Source: Anaerolineales bacterium
GTDB taxonomy: Bacteria; Chloroflexota; Anaerolineae; Anaerolineales; UBA4823
NCBI GenBank assembly: GCA_020061105.1
Contig: JAGUYW010000031.1
Location: forward strand, 931-64,930
DNA length: 64,000 nucleotides
Direction: 5' to 3'
Positions 18,991-26,518 of this stretch are shown here, piece by piece. The translations under genes were made by a program, and so were the position numbers. The notes beneath the pieces were generated by a model. The model was not told where the DNA came from. It made no database searches and worked only from the letters and a program-made list of their open reading frames with translations. Numbering within the stretch: the stretch's first letter is position 1; each line of letters opens with the position of its first letter.

Positions 18991-19086
18991 CGCTTGGATT
19001 CGCGAAAAGGGCGTTCTTGATTGAAAAAAGCTAAGTTCTTGATGTGCCCATTCTGCTTACTTTATACGGCATTTTAGCACATTAAC

Positions 19087-19115
19087 TTGACAATGTAAAG
19101 TTTACCTATTAAAAT
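19087..19115 (+). promoter_or_regulatory. Sigma70-like promoter for degV (TTGACA-17-TAAAAT) with an embedded palindrome GTAAAGTTTAC
   Basis: TTGACA at 19087-19092, a 17-nt spacer and TAAAAT at 19110-19115. The 11-bp perfect palindrome at 19095-19105 lies in the spacer, in the tetR-degV divergent region. Confidence 0.5.
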
Positions 19116-19162
19116 CTTTGCGTTAACTGACGCCAAATTTTTTTGAAGACCAGGAGAAACCG

Positions 19163-20026
19163 ATGAAACTTGTGACCGATTCCGCTGCCGATTTGACCCG
19201 GGAAGATATTCACGCGCACGACATTACCGTGGCGCCGTTGTTTATTGAATTTCCCGAGGGGACTAAGAAGTCTGAAGATATCAGCCACGATGATTTTTAT
19301 AATCGTCTGGAAGCCATGCAACCGCATGCGCCAACCACCTCGCAACCAACGCCAGAGATGTTTACCAGCTTGTACGAGAATATTTTGACAACCGGTGAAG
19401 AGATCCTGTCCATTCATATTTCGTCCGGATTGAGTGGCACATTTGACTCGGCGAGCAGCGGGGCAAAACAGCTCGGCAGCCAGGCAGTGCATGTGATCGA
19501 TAGCATGACACTCTCGGGCGGGCAGCGTTTTCAGTTGTTGGCAGCCTCGGCGGCGATCAAAGCGGGCTGGTCTTTGGAGGCTATCCAGGCGCAGCTCGGA
19601 AAGATTCGCGCTGCGTCAGAAGTAATATACACCCTGGATACTTTGAATTACCTGGCGCGCGGCGGGCGGATTGGTCGTGTGCAAGCTTTAGCCAGCTCAC
19701 TGTTGAATATCAAGCCGCTGATCCATGTGGCGAAAGAAGATGGGAAGTACAGCACCGTAGGCAAGAGCCGCACAATTCAGCGGGCATTACAGGATATTAG
19801 CGGGCATTTACAAGGGCTTTACCCGAAAGGGAGCCCGTTGTGGGTGACTGTGCTGCACGGGAATTTTGAGGAGAAGGCCAACCAGTTGGTTGAGCTGCTT
19901 CAAGACAGTCTACAAATTGCCAAATTGGAACTGCTGCGCATTTCGCCGGTTTTGGGCGTGCATACCGGACCTGGGATCGTCGGCGCAGCTGTAGCGCCAA
20001 TGGATTTGTTTGAAGAAATAAGCTGA
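19163..20026 (+). CDS. DegV-family fatty-acid-binding protein
   Basis: MKLVTDSAADL..., TTSQPTPEMF, ILSIHISSGLSGT and YLARGGRIG are typical of the DegV/EDD fold family. GGAGAAACC lies upstream of the ATG. Confidence 0.85.
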   Translation: MKLVTDSAADLTREDIHAHDITVAPLFIEFPEGTKKSEDISHDDFYNRLEAMQPHAPTTSQPTPEMFTSLYENILTTGEEILSIHISSGLSGTFDSASSGAKQLGSQAVHVIDSMTLSGGQRFQLLAASAAIKAGWSLEAIQAQLGKIRAASEVIYTLDTLNYLARGGRIGRVQALASSLLNIKPLIHVAKEDGKYSTVGKSRTIQRALQDISGHLQGLYPKGSPLWVTVLHGNFEEKANQLVELLQDSLQIAKLELLRISPVLGVHTGPGIVGAAVAPMDLFEEIS

Positions 20027-20432
20027 AAGAAAAAATCCTGGCGCTATTCTGATCGAGCTCGGCCTGCTCTTTTTACCAGCCCTGCCTGCTTACTTGTGGT
20101 TGTGGCCTAATCTGAGCGGCCGCGCCCAGGATGTAATGAATGTAACCACGTACCTGTATATCCTGGCAGGGACGTTTATTATTGGTTTACGGCGCTGGCG
20201 CTTCGATGAATTGGGGTTGAACTGAAAGGGGTTAGGGCTTAGCCTGGTGGTTGGGCGGGGGTTTGTGATTGCATCGGTTGAATGGGGAAAATCCGCTCCA
20301 GCTTTTGAGTTGGGGCGTTTTTTGTTTAATGTGATGTTTTTTCTTACTGGTTGGATTGGGAAAAGAATTGCTGATTTTCAATTAAACCGATATTGAATTT
20401 TGTTTGTGAACTAATTAACTATCAGAGTAGTT

Positions 20433-20500
20433 GATATACAAATAATAGTGGTAAATTCACCGATATACACCTTAAAAAATCCTAAAATAATTGACATACA
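20433..20500 (+). repeat. Three phased direct repeats GA(T/C)ATACA about 30 bp apart in the promoter region of the redox island
   Basis: GATATACA at 20433-20440, GATATACA at 20462-20469 and GACATACA at 20493-20500. The last repeat overlaps the -35 hexamer. Confidence 0.5.
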
Positions 20501-20519
20501 TAATATATAATGTTATGAT
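20491..20519 (+). promoter_or_regulatory. Sigma70-like promoter TTGACA-17-TATGAT upstream of the XRE regulator R2 and redox operon
   Basis: TTGACA at 20491-20496, a 17-nt spacer and TATGAT at 20514-20519, within a ~360-nt AT-rich non-coding stretch. Confidence 0.5.
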
Positions 20520-20589
20520 CTAGCTATGAAAGCTGGTCGCTGGATTCTTCACGGTCAAAGAGAATTCGCCTCGAAAGGAGCAGGAAAAG

Positions 20590-21102
20590 ATGGCTAGACA
20601 GGAATCCTGGCGCGCGGTAGGGTTGCGGATTCGCCAACTGCGCAAGGAAAACCGCTTAACCTTGCGGCAACTGGCGCTGGGTTGTGACCTTTCGGCGAAT
20701 GCCATCAGCCTGGTTGAGCGCGGCGAAGTGGCGCCCAGCATTGCGACATTATGCAAGCTTTCGCGAGCCTTGGGGGTTTCGGCCGCCTCGTTATTTCAGG
20801 AAGTATGCGACCCCGAAGTGGTATTAACGCGGGCGGGTGGGAGCGATCCTACGCTGCAGGTTGTCGAATCTTTTGGCGGGCTGGTGTGCAATCCGTTATT
20901 TGGCGTTCGTCAAACGGCCTTATGTTTGTGTGGCCATGTGTTATTCGAGACTGACGAACAATGTTATGCATTAACACCTGGAGATAGCCTGACATTCAAC
21001 GCTGAAGCGCTGCATCGTTGGCGAAATCGAGGCCAAGAAAACGGCGTTGTCGTGTTGGTGGCCCCCGGATTTCCGGAAAAATCAACATCAGGAGGGAAGT
21101 GA
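20590..21102 (+). CDS. XRE-family HTH regulator with short or degenerate cupin domain (paralog R2)
   Basis: The HTH is LRIRQLRKENRLTLRQLALGCDLSANAISLVERGEVAPSIATLCKLSRAL. The C-terminal part is GDSLTFNAEALHRWRN, but it lacks the HTGxE segment seen in R1 and R3. Confidence 0.8.
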   Translation: MARQESWRAVGLRIRQLRKENRLTLRQLALGCDLSANAISLVERGEVAPSIATLCKLSRALGVSAASLFQEVCDPEVVLTRAGGSDPTLQVVESFGGLVCNPLFGVRQTALCLCGHVLFETDEQCYALTPGDSLTFNAEALHRWRNRGQENGVVVLVAPGFPEKSTSGGK

Positions 21103-22496
21103 TCTTGGAGACTGGAACCCATCTACAGAGGCAGCCAAATCTGGCGCATCTTGAATCCAAAGCTTTTTATCACATCGATACGTATCCCGGGAGTGATCGA
21201 TTGGGCGGCAGCCGGGTGGAAAGATTTTTATTTGCCTTTGCCGCCATCTTGCAACAAAGCAATTATGGTGTGTTGCTCGATTTGTACGCCCGCAGCAGCG
21301 CCCGCTGTGGTCGCTGCGCAGTCAGCTGCCAGGTCTTCCAGGCTTCTCAAGAGGCCCGGGATGTCCCTTGTTATCGTAGCAACCTGCTGCTGGATGTTTA
21401 CAAGCGCTATTTCACCATGGGAGGTCAGCTGCGAGGGCGTTTATTTGGCAATGGATTTCTTCATGAAGGTGGAGTAGATGAAATGGCGGAGCTCTTTTAT
21501 CGTTGTACAGCCTGCCGGCGCTGCCATATCGAATGTCCGTTGGGGATCGATCATGGCTTGATCGCTCACCTTGGACGATACATTCTCAGTGAAGCGGGGA
21601 TCGCTCCAAAAGGGCTGGTGGTTTCTGTGCGGGAGCAGTTGGAAGGTAAGACCGGCAATACTTCAGCCATCCCGCTGCCGGCCTTGCTGGATAACCTGGA
21701 ATTCTTGGAAGAGGAGTTAGTCGATAGTTCCGGTATCCAGGCAAAGTTTCCGGTCGATGTGCAGGGAGCGGAGTATATCTTCTTTCCGGCGGTGAGCGAT
21801 TATTTGATGGAGGCCGATACTTTGATGGGAATCGCGGCGGTGTGCGCCTCGGCAGGTGTATCCTGGACGATCGGCTCCCAATATTTCGATGGCATCAATT
21901 ATGGGCTGTTCTACAACGATTGGGTACTAGAGCGCATCATTCAGAAACTGGTGGGCGAAGCGCAGCGTTTGCAGGTTCAGAAAATCCTGATTGGCGAGTG
22001 TGGTCATGCAGCGCGCTCGGCGCGCCAGTATGTGCCTACATTTGCCGGAGACCAACAGCTGCCTGTTGTGAGCGTCTTGGAGCTTACCGAAGCCCTCGTT
22101 CGCCAGGGGAAAGTGAAACTGGACCCCAACGCCATCTCGGAGCGGGTGACATACCACGACCCGTGCAATATTGCCCGTTCGGGTTGGTTGCTGGAACCAC
22201 CACGCCGTTTGGTGCGCAGCATTGCGCCGAATTTTGTCGAGATGCGCCCCTTCGGCAAGGAAAATTATTGCTGCGGAGGTGGAGGCGGTTTGGTTTCTTT
22301 GGACGAGACCCACGAGTTTCGGATGCAGGTGGCGGGCAAATTGAAAGCCGAGCAAATTCAAGCCAGCGAGGCCGAGATTGTGGTGACCCCCTGCGCGAAT
22401 TGTAAGAAGCAACTGCGTGAATTGGTCAGTTATTACCACCTACCTGTCCAGGTGGTGGGTGTCCACGATCTGGTGTTGCGAGCACTCCGATTGTAA
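21099..22496 (+). CDS. HdrD/DsrK/GlpC-family iron-sulfur protein with CCG domains
   Basis: It has the ferredoxin-type motifs CGRCAVSC and CTACRRCHIECP. CCG-domain motifs are also present (GECGHAARS, YHDPCNIARSG, YCCGGGGG, VVTPCANCKKQL). GTG 21099 is preceded by AGGAGGGA and overlaps the R2 stop (GTGA). Confidence 0.8.
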   Translation: MILETGTHLQRQPNLAHLESKAFYHIDTYPGSDRLGGSRVERFLFAFAAILQQSNYGVLLDLYARSSARCGRCAVSCQVFQASQEARDVPCYRSNLLLDVYKRYFTMGGQLRGRLFGNGFLHEGGVDEMAELFYRCTACRRCHIECPLGIDHGLIAHLGRYILSEAGIAPKGLVVSVREQLEGKTGNTSAIPLPALLDNLEFLEEELVDSSGIQAKFPVDVQGAEYIFFPAVSDYLMEADTLMGIAAVCASAGVSWTIGSQYFDGINYGLFYNDWVLERIIQKLVGEAQRLQVQKILIGECGHAARSARQYVPTFAGDQQLPVVSVLELTEALVRQGKVKLDPNAISERVTYHDPCNIARSGWLLEPPRRLVRSIAPNFVEMRPFGKENYCCGGGGGLVSLDETHEFRMQVAGKLKAEQIQASEAEIVVTPCANCKKQLRELVSYYHLPVQVVGVHDLVLRALRL

Positions 22497-22522
22497 AAAT
22501 TTTCTTTAGGAGATGATGGCTG

Positions 22523-23227
22523 ATGGATTTATGGTTAGCGCTTGCGAAAGGTGTCTTCCTGCGATTTGTTTTAGCGGTGACGATTTTGGGTTTGCTACGC
22601 CATGTTGCGCTCAGCCTGGCGGCTCTGTGGGTAGCGATCCGACGGGCGCCAGCGCAATCGCTTGATTTACGCCAGATTTTTGGGGAGACCTTGGCCTGGC
22701 TATTCCCGATCCGGCGTTTGCATCGTAACCGCTTTGGCTACAGCCTGGCGTCTTTTTTGTTTCATGTGGGGGTACTGTTCACCAGCCTGTTCCTGGTGAA
22801 TCACATCGATATCCTGCGGGATCAGTTTGGAATTGGATGGTATGCCATTCCGAAGGGGATTCTGGATCTCCTGGCTGTGGTTACGATCATTGCTGGAAGT
22901 AGTTTACTGTTGTTTCGGATTTACGCCTCCAGTTCTCGCCAACTGAGCCAGCTATCTGATTACGGCTTGTTGGTGTTGATTCTTGGAATTTTCTGGTCGG
23001 GCTTCCTGGCGGGCAGGCCTGGAAATCCAATTCCTTACGCCTGGCTGATGTTATTTCACACTTTGAGCGGAGCAGCCTTGTTGTTAGTGATTCCGTATTC
23101 AAAGATTGCCCATTGTGTCTTGTTTCCTTTGATCCGCCTGGGTTCTGCAGTCGGCTGGCGCCTGGCGCCTCTGGCTGGCGGTAAAGTTGTGCAGCGATTG
23201 CATGGCCCAGAAGGGAGGCAAATATGA
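22523..23227 (+). CDS. NarI/DsrM/HdrE-like membrane cytochrome b subunit
   Basis: 234 aa with 5-6 TM helices and conserved His in the helices (FLFHVGVLF, MLFHTLSG). The C-terminal IPYSKIAHCVLFP resembles the PF(S/T)(K/R)LxH motif of NarI-family proteins. Confidence 0.6.
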   Translation: MDLWLALAKGVFLRFVLAVTILGLLRHVALSLAALWVAIRRAPAQSLDLRQIFGETLAWLFPIRRLHRNRFGYSLASFLFHVGVLFTSLFLVNHIDILRDQFGIGWYAIPKGILDLLAVVTIIAGSSLLLFRIYASSSRQLSQLSDYGLLVLILGIFWSGFLAGRPGNPIPYAWLMLFHTLSGAALLLVIPYSKIAHCVLFPLIRLGSAVGWRLAPLAGGKVVQRLHGPEGRQI

Positions 23228-24015
23228 TCGGTGGTGTGAAGCAAGTAGGGTTGTTGATCGATGTCACGCGCTGTAATGGCTGCAACCAGTGTGTGGAGGC
23301 GTGTACAACGGAAAACAGACTCAAGAAGGATGATACCGGCGGCGCGGTAATTAAGGGGTTGTCCGGGCAGCGCTTCTCGGCGATTGCACTCAGCCCCGAG
23401 GGGGGTTTTGTGCGACAGATGTGCCGGCATTGTTTGCAGGCTGCCTGTGTATCGGTATGCCCGGTGGGGGCGATGTACCGCAGTCCGGAAGGGGTGGTGC
23501 TGTATGATGCGCAGAAGTGTATGGGATGTCGCTATTGTATGATGGCATGCCCATACGGCATCCCTCGCTATGAATGGGATGCGGCAGCGCCTTTGGTGCG
23601 AAAATGCGGGTTGTGTACCCAGCGCTTGCAGAGTGGACAACTGCCGGCTTGTGTGGAGGCTTGCCCTAACCAGGTGATGGTTTTTGGGGAACGGGAAGCG
23701 CTACTGGAGGAGGCGCATAACCGGTTAGCCAGCCAGCCTGACAGGTATTTGCCTGTGGTAACTGGTGAACACGATGCCGGCGGCAGCGCCGTGTTGTATA
23801 TCTCGCACGTATCGCTGGATTTTCTGAGCCTGAATCGCCCGCCTGGCGCCCAGCCGCTGCCGGAGCTGTCCCACAATTGGTTAGGTAAAGTGCCCGGGCT
23901 GGCTTTGACAACGGGCAGCTTGATGACCGGGTTGTTTTGGGTGATTGGCCGGCGGATGCAGTTCGAGGAGGCGCGTCTGCGCAAGAATCCGCAAGATTCT
24001 GGGAGGCCAGAATGA
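23224..24015 (+). CDS. NrfC/DsrO/HybA-like 4Fe-4S ferredoxin subunit with C-terminal TM helix
   Basis: Four Cys clusters are present: CNGCNQCVEAC, CRHCLQAACVSVCP, CMGCRYCMMACP and CGLCTQR...CVEACP. There is a C-terminal hydrophobic helix (LALTTGSLMTGLFWVIG). No twin-arginine signal is visible at the N-terminus. The start overlaps the upstream stop (ATGA). Confidence 0.75.
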   Translation: MIGGVKQVGLLIDVTRCNGCNQCVEACTTENRLKKDDTGGAVIKGLSGQRFSAIALSPEGGFVRQMCRHCLQAACVSVCPVGAMYRSPEGVVLYDAQKCMGCRYCMMACPYGIPRYEWDAAAPLVRKCGLCTQRLQSGQLPACVEACPNQVMVFGEREALLEEAHNRLASQPDRYLPVVTGEHDAGGSAVLYISHVSLDFLSLNRPPGAQPLPELSHNWLGKVPGLALTTGSLMTGLFWVIGRRMQFEEARLRKNPQDSGRPE

Positions 24016-25802
24016 TTTCGAACTGGCGTGAATGGACCAAAACGATCTTATGGGGAGTGGTATTGGCTGGCGGCGCAGCCGCAGTTATGAGGTTTGCCTT
24101 CGGTTTAGGGGTGACCACCGGCTTGGACGACGCCACACCGTGGGGGCTGTGGATCGCACTTAAGTTAGGATTTGTGGCTTTATCAGGTGGCGGGTTTACG
24201 CTGGCAGCCCTGGTGTATGTGTTCCGATTGGAGAGCTATCGACCACTGGTCCGGCGAGCGATCTTGCTGGCTTTGCTGGGGTATGGTTCTTTCATCGTGT
24301 CCTTGATCTTCGATTTGGGTTTGCCGTGGCATATTTATATGCCGATCTTGCACTGGCAACACCATTCGGTGATGTTCGAGATTGCCTGGTGTGTGGTGTT
24401 GTATTTCAGCGTGCTGGTGCTGGAGTTTTCACCAGTCGTTTTGGAGCATCCCTTTTTCCAGAATGCAGTGCTGCAGAAAGCGCTGCACCTTTTACACAAG
24501 ACAACGCCAGTATGGGTGATTGCTGGTATCGTGCTTTCCACCTTACACCAATCATCTTTGGGGGCCTTGTTCTTGATGGCGCCCCACCGGGTACATCCCT
24601 TGTGGTACAGCGCCTGGATTCCGGTGCAATTTTTTATTTCGGCTATCTCTGCCGGAGTGATGTTCTTGCTTTTGGAAGTATACCTGGCGGAGCGTTGGTT
24701 TAATAACGAGGCGCGCCTCGACCTGATGCAAAAACTGGCGCAGATCGGAAAGTTCACCCTGGGATTGTATCTAATTATGCGCGTGGGCGATTTGCTCTGG
24801 CGAGGTGTGTTGCCGTCTGCGCTGGATGGCTCATGGCAGAGCGTTTTGTTCGCGGCTGAAATTCTTCTGGGCGGAGTGCTGCCGATTGTTCTGTTGAGCT
24901 TGCCTGCCATTCGCCAGCACAAGGAGACACTGATCACCAGCGCCGCCCTGGTGGTGGGCGGCGTGCTTAGCCAGCGTATGGCGTTGAGTATGTTCACATT
25001 GTGGCGTCCGGCTGAGCAACCGTACACGCCTGCATTAGCCGAAGTGCTGATCGCCTTTGCGATTCCTGCCGCGGCAGCGCTACTATATCTGTTTGCTATG
25101 GAAAACCTGGCTGTGAGGGAAGGGTCAACCCAGGCGCCTCGCATTCACGAAGCGCTCAGTCACCCGCAATGGGGAGCTTACCAAGATCACAGTCTGTGGG
25201 GCGTTATCACGCAGCGCAGCCTTTTGGCGGTGTTTGTCGTTGCCCTGGCAGTTGTTTTGCTGCCCAATCAGAACAATGCGATGGCAACGCTGCCAAAGCA
25301 ACCTGTGCAGGCGGGACGGGGTTGGGAGAAGCTGATCCTCGATGGCAACCGCGCTTCTTATCAGGTGAACTTTGCACACGCAGAACACCAGGAACGCCTG
25401 GATTGCCAGGTTTGCCATCATTTGAACATCCCGCAAGACGACGCCAGCGGGTGCTGGCAGTGTCACAGTGATTTTTCGCAGCCAACGACAATTTTTGAGC
25501 ATGGGCTGCACCAGCGTACTTTGCAGGGCAACGCCAGCTGCGAAAATTGCCATGCCGGAGCGCATAACCGTCACACCGCAATCGATTGCCAGGAATGCCA
25601 CGCCTCTACAGAGCAGGGTGAGCGGGTATCCACGTTTACACTTGAAGCGCCTGGATATGTGCAGGCGATGCATGGAGTGTGTCTGGAATGCCACCAGCGG
25701 GAAAGCCAGGCGCGAGGGCGAGCTGACCTTGCGGTGTGCAGTACGTGCCATTTTATCCCTCAACCAGCGCCGGAAGGACAGGCGAGGTTGAATCAAGAAT
25801 GA
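24012..25802 (+). CDS. NrfD/PsrC/DsrP-like polytopic membrane subunit fused to a C-terminal hexaheme cytochrome c domain
   Basis: The N-terminal ~430 aa form a multi-TM domain with an NrfD-type start (TPWGLWIALKLGFVALSGGG). The C-terminal ~130 aa contain six CxxCH motifs: CQVCH, CWQCH, CENCH, CQECH, CLECH and CSTCH. ATG 24012 overlaps the upstream stop (ATGA). Confidence 0.75.
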   Translation: MISNWREWTKTILWGVVLAGGAAAVMRFAFGLGVTTGLDDATPWGLWIALKLGFVALSGGGFTLAALVYVFRLESYRPLVRRAILLALLGYGSFIVSLIFDLGLPWHIYMPILHWQHHSVMFEIAWCVVLYFSVLVLEFSPVVLEHPFFQNAVLQKALHLLHKTTPVWVIAGIVLSTLHQSSLGALFLMAPHRVHPLWYSAWIPVQFFISAISAGVMFLLLEVYLAERWFNNEARLDLMQKLAQIGKFTLGLYLIMRVGDLLWRGVLPSALDGSWQSVLFAAEILLGGVLPIVLLSLPAIRQHKETLITSAALVVGGVLSQRMALSMFTLWRPAEQPYTPALAEVLIAFAIPAAAALLYLFAMENLAVREGSTQAPRIHEALSHPQWGAYQDHSLWGVITQRSLLAVFVVALAVVLLPNQNNAMATLPKQPVQAGRGWEKLILDGNRASYQVNFAHAEHQERLDCQVCHHLNIPQDDASGCWQCHSDFSQPTTIFEHGLHQRTLQGNASCENCHAGAHNRHTAIDCQECHASTEQGERVSTFTLEAPGYVQAMHGVCLECHQRESQARGRADLAVCSTCHFIPQPAPEGQARLNQE

Positions 25803-25813
25803 GAGGAGCAGAG

Positions 25814-26359
25814 ATGAAAACAGTCGGTTTTTGCACCCATTTTTCCCAAACAGATGATTGGGCGTTTGACTTTGCTTTAGACCTGGCGAAGAAAAACCAG
25901 TGGCAGTTGAATATTTGTCATTGGCTCAATTCGCCGCACAGCTTACGCAGAGACATGGTCTATCCGAGTCTGTCCGAGCAAGGAACCCCTCAGCCGATCA
26001 ACCCGGCTTTGCTCACCCAGTTGGAACTCGAACTGCGGCTGTGTTATGAGCCTTTGTTGGGTGACTTTACCGAGGTGGCTTTTAAGCTGTGCGAGGGCAT
26101 CTACCAGGTGGAATTGGTGCGCTGTTTGCGACAGCATCTGCTCGACCTGGTCGTGATGGGCTACCAGAATCCTGTGGAGATAGGCTTCGCAAATGAACGC
26201 CCGATCCTGGATTTTGCCAGCGAATTGAAATTCCCGATGATTGTGGTTGGCCCGAATCACGCCAATGAGTTTTGGTTGAACCGGGCTGCTTACCCATTTT
26301 TAGCTGAATACCATCTTCCAGAAGGCAGTTGGCAGTTAATTGAATCTGTGGCGTTATAA
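25814..26359 (+). CDS. Hypothetical protein, universal-stress-protein-like fold without the ATP-binding motif
   Basis: KTVGFCTHFSQTDDWAFDFALDLAKKNQWQLNICHW and LDLVVMGYQ...FPMIVVGP follow the USP pattern, but no G-x2-G-x9-G(S/T) motif is present. GAGAGGA lies upstream of ATG 25814. Confidence 0.35.
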   Translation: MKTVGFCTHFSQTDDWAFDFALDLAKKNQWQLNICHWLNSPHSLRRDMVYPSLSEQGTPQPINPALLTQLELELRLCYEPLLGDFTEVAFKLCEGIYQVELVRCLRQHLLDLVVMGYQNPVEIGFANERPILDFASELKFPMIVVGPNHANEFWLNRAAYPFLAEYHLPEGSWQLIESVAL

Positions 26360-26421
26360 ATGCGATTGCAAGAACTGTAATAAATAGCTGGTTGAATGTA
26401 CTAAAATAATGGTAAAATTGA

Positions 26422-26450
26422 TTGTATTTTGAGCGATTTTGTACTATAAT
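26422..26450 (+). promoter_or_regulatory. Sigma70-like promoter TTGTAT-17-TATAAT upstream of XRE regulator R3
   Basis: TTGTAT at 26422-26427, a 17-nt spacer and TATAAT at 26445-26450, in an AT-rich 159-nt intergenic region. Confidence 0.45.
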
Positions 26451-26518
26451 GATGTTATAGTTCGTAAAATAGATTTGTTGGGCAACCAGTTTTGGTGAAG
26501 TGAGTTTCAGGAGCCTGG

